DNA of 62,922 bases, the filler included, from Conidiobolus incongruus B7586 (lineage: Eukaryota), in NCBI GenBank assembly GCA_000697335.1. It is 5 parts of 5 records of this genome, joined end to end, with 100 filler letters (N's around TTAATTAATTAA, not from the genome) between each part and the next. Parts side by side here need not be neighbours in the genome. Positions count along the whole stretch, not along the records: positions 1 to 28,802 come from JNEM01006180.1; 4 more parts are not named here. The stretch is one strand, 5' to 3'. The notes under the pieces were generated by a model. It searched no databases and was not told the DNA's origin. It saw nothing but the letters and a program-made list of their open reading frames with translations. A program made the position numbers and the translations under genes. Numbering within the stretch: position 1 is the first letter of the stretch; each line of letters opens with the position of its first letter. This document shows positions 13,464-24,700 of this stretch, piece after piece.

Positions 13464-15164
13464 ATTAAAATAAAATAACTCGAGTTGGAAAATAATGATT
13501 CAAACTATAAATATCATCTTTCTAATACTTTGGGAAATTATCCTCATATTCCATATTATTATAATTAACATAAATATATAGATGAATATATCTATATATT
13601 AATTTTTTTACCATATTTTGTTTACTTTGAATTTTAAATATTTATTATAAAATCAATCTGAAGTCCTGTTTAAAAATTCCTCCAATTATAAACAGTTATT
13701 CAACTATTCAATTTACTGAAGGCTAATATGATTTTACACTTTCATCAAGCATGAAAATTTAACATTAATAAAACTCGTTAATTTTAAAGTATAACACTCA
13801 TTTTTTAAATGATATATCCCAAAGTATTAGACAAATAATCTCACAAATTCCGAATGAATAACTTTTTATAGAAATATTAATATTCTAATAAATAAAGAAC
13901 TATTCATTGTATATACAAATGAATATTTTATAATTTTTACGACGTAAGAGTTTATTTTTAATAATTTAAATAACATTTTCATGTAGCAAATAATTTGAGG
14001 TAAGTCTAAAGGTGGATTTTCCGATATAATGTTATTAATTATATATTGTGTATTCACCATTTGATTTATTAATGCTTAATATTAAAATAATTTCGAAAGT
14101 ATTAAGATTAATAGTTTGATAAAATCCAAAATAATGAAAAGAATAATGTTGAAAATTCAATATTAGAAATTGTAGTGGTTATATAGTAAAAATAGAAAAA
14201 TATTTGGTATTGCCATTATAATATAATATATAATTTTCATTAAAATAAGGAGTAAAAAATTCATTATTGATTTACATTTTTCAATTTCATCAATTAATTT
14301 AATTTTTGGGTTATATTAATTATGAATATACAGTAATAAATATTTAAGCTATTTTAAACTAATATTTATGTAGTTAATAGTAGACTTTGAAATTGGAATT
14401 TCAGAATATATATATATATAAATTGATGAAATTAAATTTTAGTATATTCAATCAATTAAATTGCTTAAATATAATCAAAATCAGGTTAATCTTTCATGAT
14501 TCTCTTTAATCATAATACTAATATACTTTATTTGGTTTTTTGTTATAATTATGGCTTGAATTATATTGCTTTACGAATGTGATTCATAGTGATATATCAG
14601 CAAATATAGATTGGTAAAGTATTGTTATTTTTTGACAATTTAAAATATGACATATCAATTAATTAAATATATTTGTTCTAATTATTCGATCAGTTTCATT
14701 GAAATATAATAAATTTGACATCTAAATATTTAACCAATTTTCAATATTTCAAGCTGATCTATATAAGTAATAATATATATTTATGAATATCCACAAAATA
14801 TAGCCCAAATAGGAGCTATTTTAATATTTAAAGGTATCAAATTTAATTTTCATTATTGAAAATTATATTTTTGTTCAAAAATCATTTTTTTCTAACTTAT
14901 ATACAATATATAATTCACTTCTTATTAAACAATCAATTATAATAATTTTAATTTAAAAATAATTATAATCCTAACAATAATATATTGAATATTGAATATT
15001 GAATAGAGTATTATATGCATTTATTTGATTTTTCAATATTATATATATATAATGATAAATTTACATATCCAATATTTTGATATATTATAAATCTAATAAT
15101 TTATTAAAAATAAAAGACTAAGTTAAATTATTAATAAATTTCAACTGGATTTATAAATAAAGGT

Positions 15165-16243
15165 TAATTTTAATTTCAATAATAATATTTTTTTAAAATC
15201 AAACTTTAATTATAGTTATATAATTTATCAAAAATCACTAATATAAAATTAATACTCTCCTTTATTTTGATCATTTTTGCCATACTTTGGCAAACCATTA
15301 AGAGCTAAAGAATATTTCTTTTTTTATAATATATCAATTTTAATATTCTATAAATTAATTAAGTTTGTAAAAATTTTCTTCCTTGCAAATATATTAATTA
15401 TTTGGATAAAGCTATTATAATCATATTTATTATAATTTAGTGTATATATTTAATAAAATAAAATTTTCTATTTTTTTTAAATTTTAAAAATATTAAGTTT
15501 TAATTTTGTAATAGTATTTTTTAATAATATAACTAATTGAAAATTATTTTGTATAAAAAATACAAAGGTTATAATCCATTATTTTATCTTAGATTATTAA
15601 ATCAAAAACTATATATCATTATATATTTTGTAGAAATTTAATAAAGAATATTATTTTGGTTTAATCTAATATTTAATTTGAAATGCAAAATTATAAAATA
15701 AAGCTTAAAGTTTATTAATATAAACTGTTTTATATAAGAGCTTTTGTATTTGGTTATATTTTGACAAATTTTAAATAGTTATAGTAATTTTGTTTATTTA
15801 TTTTTATTACATTATGGGATTTTGTATTGATATATCTATTAACTAATTTAAGTTTGAATTTTGATATATATATGGCATTCTATATATTTAATTTTAAAAT
15901 ATTTTGATATTTCTTTAATATTATATTTAATTTATTAAAAATTAAGAAAGTAAGAATAAAAATTAATTCTTTATGTTATGATAATTATTAAATAGTACTC
16001 TATTTAGTGATAAAATAGTAAATCCAAACATAAATGGCGGCTTTGCTTAAAGAATGATATTTATAATTAATATTATATTGAATATTAATTTTCAATAAAA
16101 TTGATATAATAAAAATTTTCGTGATTTAATATTAATAATTTAAAAGTATTAATTTTGTTAATTTAAATTTAGTGTTTTGTTATAGCAATATATTTGAAAA
16201 ACCAAAAATTCAAAAATTTACCTATTTTTATTTTCAAAAAATA
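15165..16243 (-). mobile_element. Heavily decayed mariner copy (boundaries approximate)
   Basis: 15275-15450 (TTTTGCCATACTTTGGCAAA...AAATTTTCTTCCTTGC) matches the transposase 3' end of the better copies in reverse. 16191-16243 matches the 5' subterminal/TIR sequence at 31171-31224. Confidence 0.65.
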
Positions 16244-16868
16244 TATTTATTAATCAACAATAATTTACAAAAATTAATTAAAAATTTATATAGTTTTAAT
16301 TATATCTTTCAATAAAAAATTTATTTTTTATTTTATAAAGAATGAATTTGCATTAATTATCATTAGTGTTATTTCAAGTTATATTTTTTTAAAGTAGCAA
16401 AATCATTCAAAAATATTATTTGTTTTCTATATATTTGGACTATATTAACATTTTTTGTTATCTAAGCGATATATTTTATTTACATTTAATAAGCATCATA
16501 AGATGTTCTCATTTATTAACAAATATTTAATTTATATTCTATTGTATCAAAAATATAATAAATGAATATTTGAATAATAATAAGATCATATTTATAAATT
16601 ATTTTCTTTAGTATTATTGTTTAAATTGAAAGAGCATATAATTAAATCTATTTAATAGTAATTATATATGAATATTTGAAATATATTTTAAAAAAAATTG
16701 AATAAATATAGTATCTTGCTTGGAATATTTAATTAATTAAATTGATATTTCAGAAATTAATAAAATTTGTCTAAATAATTATATAATTTGTTTTCAATAT
16801 AATCAACTTTGATAATTTTTTGTATTTCAAGATTAATTACCCTTCTAAATCTGAAAGTTAAATTATTA

Positions 16869-18147
16869 CCATAGAATCAAAAAAAATGGGAAATTTTTTA
16901 ATTTCTGATTTTTCAAACATATTATTAATTTCAAATAAAAAATATATATAAAACAAATAAGAAAATAAATAGCTTTGAAATATATATATATATATTTATA
17001 ATAATTTTTTTGATTAAAAAATTAATTTTTTAAAATTAATTGTTTAATTTAATTATATTTAAACCAAATAATAACCATCAAAAGTTTTTTATTTTAATAT
17101 TAGTAAAACTTAAACATAAATCCTCTAAAATTATTTAAAATTTACAAGTAGCTTTTAATAATGAAGTATTATCTAAATCAACAATTTATCACTAGGTAAA
17201 TTGCTTTAAAACTAAGAGAAAAACTACCTAAAACCTACCAAAATCTAAAAGATTAATTTCAATTATAACTTTTTTAATTATTAATAAAATGAAAAATTAT
17301 ATTGAAAAGTACTTTTTTATTTTAGTTAAAGAACTATCAAGATATTTTAATATTAGTTATATAAGTATTCTATATATATTAAAGTTTAAATTAAAATTAA
17401 TTAATAAAAATATAAAATAGGTATCTTATAATTTAACTATAGCTTAAAAAAGTTAGAGTAATATTGTTAAACAAAACTTACTAAGGTATAGCTAGAAACC
17501 AAAGCTTTTACAGTGAATTATTACAATTGATGAATTTTAAATTCTTTTGTATAATCATTTATTAAAATATAAATCAAGGTGTTATATTAAGCTAAATCAA
17601 CCCTTTCTACAAATTCCTTTAAATAAACACTCTATTAATAAACAAATGTTAATTATTATAATGAATTATAATAACATATGCTATTTTTATTTAGTTCTTA
17701 AAGGAAAATCAACTAATAGTATATTTTATATTTCTTTTTTAAATAAAACTATTTCTAATTAGTATTCTCAATATAATTTAAGAAGACTTATTATTTTGAA
17801 TGATAATTGTAAAATACATAAATCTAAAGTTATAAAAAACTTTCTAATTAAAAATAACTGGAAAAAAATACCATATCTAGTATATTCTTTAAATTATAAC
17901 CCATGTGATTATAATTATATTAGGCAATTAAAAAACCAACTTACAAGAAAGAAAATTTTTGCAGGAAAATTTAATTGATTTGTGAAACATCAAATTTCAG
18001 TCTTTAATAAAAAGAACTATTTTTTAGGTATTAGATCTTTGTTAAAAGTATGGCAAAAAGTTATTAGAAATAAAAGAAATTATTAATTTTATATTATATA
18101 TTTATTTTTTTCAATTGCAAAAAATTCCCATTATTTAAATTACAAAG
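16869..18147 (+). mobile_element. Full-length but inactivated mariner (DD34D) DNA transposon, about 1.28 kb
   Basis: Degenerate TIRs C...AATGGGAA / TTCCCATT...G flanked by TA. Transposase remnants IITIDE and NDNCKIH...WKKIPYLVYSLNYNPCDY, with exactly 34 residues between the second and third Asp. Many stop codons. Confidence 0.85.
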
Positions 18148-18654
18148 TAATAATATTATTTCTATTTTGAGTTATCTTTGTCAATTTATAATTAAATGAT
18201 ATTCTTTATTCTTTTTGTTAGATATATCATTCACTAAATTAAGTATTTAAACCCCAAAAGTGATATAAAGAAGGAGGAGCTATTTTTTTGGATATTTTGC
18301 TCCAATGTCCCAATAGTAAGTTCTAATATATATAGTCCCAGTAAGTTAAAAAGCAGAATTAATAAATAGTTTACTAAATCATATTACAAATACTTTTCTA
18401 AGAATGATCTTTAATTATGAAACTTATTATAAAATACAACAATAATCAATATTTAAAATATATTTAGGTTTATAATATATAATTTAGATATTTCTTTTTA
18501 GCAAATATATTCAAACAATAATATAATAACATAATAAATTAGGTGATCAGAGAAAGTTGTTATAAAGTTTTTGATATGAACCTAGAATTAGAAAATATAA
18601 AAATTTTTCTCAATAATTAATCCTTGATCTGATATTAGTTTAAATAAATTTTAT

Positions 18655-21600
18655 TTATTTTTCAGTTGATAATAAATTAAATTTTTTCCAATAATCTAGA
18701 TACTGAGCTATATCTGATTTCTGTAGAGAATTACAGGTTGCAATGGAAGAAGAGAATGAACAAGTAAAAGTAGTGCTAAAAGTAAGTGGAGAGGAATTAG
18801 TTAAGGTGTTGGAGAAGAAATCAGATAGAGTATCGATTATCCTAACTTCTGTTGCGTTGCTTCCTTGGTTGGAGTTTAGCTCAGATATAAATACTTCAAT
18901 AGGTACTAATTCAAAGTCCATACCATATTTTTTCAATGCATCAATAACAATATACCAAGATGATTTGTTTGGATTGACAATATGAGAAATTAGATTCTTA
19001 TCATTTTGATCCATCTCACCTATTTCGCATATACCCTTTGCAGCAACATCTACAGGAATCCAGTCAATTGATGATTGTGTAAGATCAGGACACAATTTAG
19101 TATCTTTGATGGTTTTAATAAGAATAGGAATATGTTCAGTGATGTTCCATGCACCATTATCGGTATCTCCTGAGAGTTGACCAACTCTGAAGATGTGAAT
19201 ATCACATTTATACTGCTTACCCCAGAGTTGGACAAGAGTTTCAGTTGCTAGTTTTGATAAATTATATCCATTACAATAGTTCAAATTGGCTAATTTGATT
19301 TCCAAAGGATTTTCCATCAAAGGCTCACTAAATGAAGTGACAACAGGAGCACTGGCCCCAATAGACGATATAAAATTGAAAATCACTTTATGCTTAGATT
19401 CAATGCTTAGTTTCATAAGATTGCGAGTAGCTAATATACAATCTTCAAAAGATTTGAGAGGTTTGAGGAAGTTCATAGTCCATCCACAGTGATAAATATG
19501 TGAAAGTTGTGATTGTAATAAAGCGTAAACTTCTTTACAAAGGCCAAGATTATCCGATTCTAAGCTTACTGCTAATGGTACCACTTTTGACAATTGTTCA
19601 GAGCTTAGTATGATAGAGCGCATCTGTAAACTTTTCTCCAACTTTTGTAAAGCTTCTTTATCAGATTGAGCTCTAATCAAAGCAAATATTTTATGAGTAT
19701 TTGGCTGTAGAGATAGCTGTTTGATAATAAATGATCCTAAAGATCCATTTGCGCCAGTAACTGCAACATAGTGTTCATCTTGTTTAGTCTTTTCTTCGCT
19801 TTGAAATACATCCAATGATGAATGCTTTTGAATGATGTCGTCTAGCTCAGATTGACAACTTTGTAAAGTCTTAGCTACTTGACTGTCTCCCTCGATGCCT
19901 CTGGTTAGATATTGAGCCAATTTAGAAATTGTATCAAAGTCATAAATATGGGGGATAGTCAATTTGATATTAGGTAACTTAGCTTGTATCAAATTTCTAA
20001 ATTTGACAGCTGATTGAGAATTTAAGCCAACATTGAAGAAACTCTGATGCTGATTTACTGATTGATTTACACAAGTTTCGATTGCATCCTTGATAACTAA
20101 AAGTACTGAATTCAAATCCAATTCTGCAGGGGATGATATTGAGTTACGAGAATGGTATCCAGATTCAATTTTCTCAACCAAGTGATTAATTTCTTCAGCA
20201 AAGATTTTTGGACATAGAGATCTAATCACATTTCCTTTCATGGTAGTGGGCAACTTCTTATTTGACCCAATAGGAATATAGTATACCATATCATCATAAA
20301 TATGTGAATGAGATGGAGCAGATAAGTTAGCTTCATTGATATATGATTTGATAGAGGAAATGACGTCGGTAAGCTGAGCTGAGTGGACGGATTCTTGATT
20401 CAATTGGATCAAACAAATATTCATGGGTTGACCTGTTCCTAATATAACACAAGATTCTACATATTTACATTGGTTAATTTTCTTTTCCATTGGAATTGGA
20501 TTGGTTTTTTCGCCATTAATATGTATAATCAAGTCATCGATTCTTGAGAGATATTTTAATCTAATGGGATCCTTATTAATTATTTCGAAAAGATCTCCAG
20601 TTGAATAGTCATCTTTATCCAGGCTATTTGAGATACTAAGACAGGGATCATCTTTCATAATTATAAGCTCACACACATTTTCAGATATCATTTTAAGCTT
20701 ATATTTCAGACTCTCTATAGGAATTAGAGCAGGAAGCTTACTATCGGTATCGTCAATTTGACTGATCATAATTGAACCAGTCTCCGTAGATCCATAAACA
20801 TTTACAGGCTCAATACCTTTTTCGATTAATTTGATACTCAAATCTTCGGGTAGTTGAGCTCCCCCATATCTAAGCTGTTTTACATTATTCAATATATCCC
20901 AACCTTCATTCTCAGGCAGATTTTCGCATAAATTTATAATGTCTTTAATATATAATGGCAAAATATCGGAAATACTAGGCTTTAATTCACGGATCATGTC
21001 TATGATCATTCTAGGTGAATATTGATGTCCTGGATTCAAGTCTTGGGGAAGTACAATTAACTTTCTGAGATATATTCCTTGTATTATAATTCCAAAAATT
21101 CCACCACAATGGAAAATAGGGAAAAAACATAAAATTTTAGAATCTAAATTTTCCAAGAAGGAACCAGAACGGTAGCCAAGATTATGAATAATTCGGTTTG
21201 AATATGGAATCAATTTAGGAAATGAAGTTGAGCCAGATGAATGTAAGATTAGTGCGTCATTATCCATCTCAATGTCTGGCGAGTTCAAATTCTTCAGCAA
21301 CTTTACTTCAGCCTCTTCCAAAGATTCTGGGAATTTAGCAATCCATTTGCGAACTAAAACAATGTGAGGGAGTTGATGTTTTATTTCTTCTATATGCTTC
21401 TCGAAAAAATGTTGATAAACTAAAGCAACACACTTTGATTCCTTTAATAAGTGAACAATCGCTTCAGTACTATTTCTTGGAGATAGCAACACTGGACAAA
21501 CGTTTAATTTCATTAAACCAAGCAAATTCCAAAGGGAGTGAGAATCGGAGAAAGATAAAAGTCCAACATTTCGTGTATGAGAGAAGTCAATATCTTTCAA

Positions 21601-21780
21601 CAAAGGATAGAAATAGTTTGCAGCATTAGATGTAACGTTGTGAAATTGTTCAAAGGATAAATCCATGTACTGTCCGTTAGGACTGATTTGAACTGTTGTG
21701 CAATCTTTACTTGGATTTCGGGCATTTTCTTCTATTAAATCAACGAAACGACCAGTGCTCGAAAATTGTGCTTCTTTCAT
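18655..21780 (-). CDS. NRPS-like A-T-R enzyme (fungal carboxylic acid reductase type), copy 2, 1041 aa
   Basis: Same architecture as copy 1: ILHSSGSTSFPK, FPIFHCGG, YGSTETG, TGDL, FFNVGLNS, VTGANGSLG, YNLSK. Convergent with copy 1. Confidence 0.93.
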   Translation of the reverse strand: MKEAQFSSTGRFVDLIEENARNPSKDCTTVQISPNGQYMDLSFEQFHNVTSNAANYFYPLLKDIDFSHTRNVGLLSFSDSHSLWNLLGLMKLNVCPVLLSPRNSTEAIVHLLKESKCVALVYQHFFEKHIEEIKHQLPHIVLVRKWIAKFPESLEEAEVKLLKNLNSPDIEMDNDALILHSSGSTSFPKLIPYSNRIIHNLGYRSGSFLENLDSKILCFFPIFHCGGIFGIIIQGIYLRKLIVLPQDLNPGHQYSPRMIIDMIRELKPSISDILPLYIKDIINLCENLPENEGWDILNNVKQLRYGGAQLPEDLSIKLIEKGIEPVNVYGSTETGSIMISQIDDTDSKLPALIPIESLKYKLKMISENVCELIIMKDDPCLSISNSLDKDDYSTGDLFEIINKDPIRLKYLSRIDDLIIHINGEKTNPIPMEKKINQCKYVESCVILGTGQPMNICLIQLNQESVHSAQLTDVISSIKSYINEANLSAPSHSHIYDDMVYYIPIGSNKKLPTTMKGNVIRSLCPKIFAEEINHLVEKIESGYHSRNSISSPAELDLNSVLLVIKDAIETCVNQSVNQHQSFFNVGLNSQSAVKFRNLIQAKLPNIKLTIPHIYDFDTISKLAQYLTRGIEGDSQVAKTLQSCQSELDDIIQKHSSLDVFQSEEKTKQDEHYVAVTGANGSLGSFIIKQLSLQPNTHKIFALIRAQSDKEALQKLEKSLQMRSIILSSEQLSKVVPLAVSLESDNLGLCKEVYALLQSQLSHIYHCGWTMNFLKPLKSFEDCILATRNLMKLSIESKHKVIFNFISSIGASAPVVTSFSEPLMENPLEIKLANLNYCNGYNLSKLATETLVQLWGKQYKCDIHIFRVGQLSGDTDNGAWNITEHIPILIKTIKDTKLCPDLTQSSIDWIPVDVAAKGICEIGEMDQNDKNLISHIVNPNKSSWYIVIDALKKYGMDFELVPIEVFISELNSNQGSNATEVRIIDTLSDFFSNTLTNSSPLTFSTTFTCSFSSSIATCNSLQKSDIAQYLDYWKKFNLLSTEK
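18917..20597 (-). repeat. Right arm of the 1,681-bp near-identical inverted repeat inside A-T-R copy 2
   Basis: Reverse complement of 11533-13213, with the same length and no indel. Confidence 0.95.
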
Positions 21781-24700
21781 GATACAAATCGATTTTAATT
21801 TTTTAAATAATATTGGATTAAATTATTTAATGTTCATTTTATAGTTCATTTTTATATTAATAACTTGTTGAAATTATGAATTTAAACTAATTCTCATTTA
21901 AAATTTTAAATCCAATGATATTTTCCAAATTTTAATATATTTTTTTGAGGTTGAAAATAAATAATATAATATTAACATCGATAAATAGAACCACATATGT
22001 GAAATTTTAAGATTTTGTTGTGTTTTTATAATAAGCTTTGTATATAAAGATCGTTGTTGGAAAAATACTCGTAATACGATTTAGTAAATTATTTATTAAT
22101 CCTACTCTTTAACGTATCGGGACTGTATGTCTTAGGACCTAGTGTCGAGACGTCATAGCAGAATATTCAGAAACTTTGATGCCTATTATTCCTATCACTT
22201 CAGGGCTTAAATAACTCATTCAGTGAGTGACGTAGGTTTTGGCTATATTCTAATAAAGGAGCTAAAGAGTATCATTTGATTATGGACTAACAATTTCACT
22301 ATGAACGGGAAGTAATGTGAGCTTAACTATCCAATCTAGACAGACAGGTATTTTGAAATACAACAATTTGGTTTCAAATATAAAAATTATAAAATTTAGT
22401 GGATTTTAAATTTTAAGTAGTTTATTTTGATAATTTTTTGGATTCAACTACTTTGAAAACAATTCAAAACTTCCATTTTAATATACAAATATTTAATTAG
22501 AATTGAAGATGAAAATATACGTATAGGACCATTAGTACAGCAAATATACTTGAGATACGATGGAAGTCTATCAATATAGTAGTGGGTGGCTAGATAAAAA
22601 TCATAAATTCATACTATTAGTTTTTGTATTGATTATTCCAAAAATAGTGCTAACCTGTTTTGAACAAATCAAATTTACATTTGTTTTATAAATATTCTCA
22701 GTTTTTTAAATTTATTATCAAATATATATTGATACAATCTATGTTATCAATATTTTTAGATATTATTTAAGTATTTATTTTATCATAAAGCATAGATTTT
22801 ATTGTGAATTTAATATAATTTTTCAATCAGATTAAAATATTTTTAATAAATGAGAATATCTTATTTAGGAACACTCATATTTTTAAAGTTTTGATAATAC
22901 AATATTTATTGAATACATTATGATTCAAAGATTTTTAACGGTTTATTTAATTTCTATAGGAGTAATTCTACATTTAATACTTCTCAAGACTAGAATAATT
23001 GGACTTTATCTTGTTTAATAAAATAAGTGATTATTAAAGGAGATATTGAATATTTAATCCAATTGAAATATTTTATCAATTAGAAAAATTGCAATAGCAT
23101 AGTATTCATATTTAATATTAAGTATTTTATAAAGTATATTAAATTCAAAGTTTTTTTTCTATAATTAGCATAGACCAAATAGTCTTTCCCAAATAATATT
23201 TCCACTATTTTTGAATAAAATGCTGAGAAAAGTTGAAAAACAAATATATTGAATGTGTAGGGTTCTGAAAACTATAAATATACATACTATATGGAAAATA
23301 TTTGAATTACTTTTAAATTTGCTTGAGTGAAGTGATTTTATTCTTTGATATAAATCACTGAAAATATATTATATTAGTTTTAAAGCTAAATAAAATCAAT
23401 ATTTATATATTGAAAAAATATTATATTTAGCAAAGCTTGCTAATCTTAATCTTTGAATTATTTAAGAAATTATTAAACTTAATCATTTTAATATTCAAAT
23501 ATTAAAAAATGATATCATTAAATTAAATGGGAAAGATTGAATACAAAATGAAAGTCAGGATTTTATGAATAAATTATATATATATATCAGAATATATTAC
23601 TAATCCTCTAAGTATTTATTTAGATAAGAATATGTCTTATTTTCGAATAATTCTTGGATTTACTTTGTTTAGTAATATAATATAGATATATATATATATA
23701 TGATTTATCTATAATTATCCAATGAATAATATTGTTGAGAATAATATTTCACTATCAAATTTTCAAATTGTTCTTTTAATTCATGAATATGGTTATTATA
23801 ATGCTAATATTTAGCAATTACAGATTTACCACTCTGAGTTTACCACTATCGACCCAATCATAATTCATTATATCATTATTATAATTCGGTATAAAAGAAA
23901 ATGATTAGAATGTTGGTAAATACTATCATGTTGAATTTATTTATTTGTTCATTAGGTGTCACGATGACGAATTGCCTCCTGGTCAATGAAAGAAGGGAAG
24001 CAGTGTAGAATATTAAATTCAATATGTTTGACATCATCTCTATGGCAAACCTGAAATTCAAATAATCATTATTGATAATTTCTTTTAAAGTATTTAAATC
24101 GATGCATTGTTAACGAAATTTCATTATTTGATCGAATGAACTTGATTTGCTATTTTAATATTATCAAATCTTATTATAATAGAAATATTGAATTTTTAGT
24201 AATAATGTATTATTACATTTAATTGAAATACATTGATTTAAAACTGGATAAAAATGATTAATATAAGAATAACACTGGGTAACAAAAGATTTTCATAATA
24301 ATATATTAGCTAAAAATTAAATAATGAGAAAATTAAAATATGTGTAAATTTGCAACAGTGATAAATTAATTTATTGATTTTATTTTGAATTCGTAAAAAG
24401 ATTAAAATCAGAAAAAATAAAATTGATTTTAAATATGATATATCTAAGCAATTAATTCAACCTTTTACAGTATTCGTTATTTAATGCAAATTTAAAAAAT
24501 TTATAAAACTTAAAAGATATTATTAATGAAATTTAAGTCAAATTCATAATGAGAATCTTTGTCCTAAACAATCAATATATGAAGACTATATCATCATTAA
24601 AATTATCAAAGCTATCAAATAGGTTCCCATATTAATTCAAATCAATACTAATTTTGACAACTTTAATTATGAATAAAGTGATCAGTCAACAAATTAAAGG

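Noticed and set aside
23820..24130. GC-richer patch and ORF 23879-24061
   Set aside because: No motif or consistent gene model in any frame.
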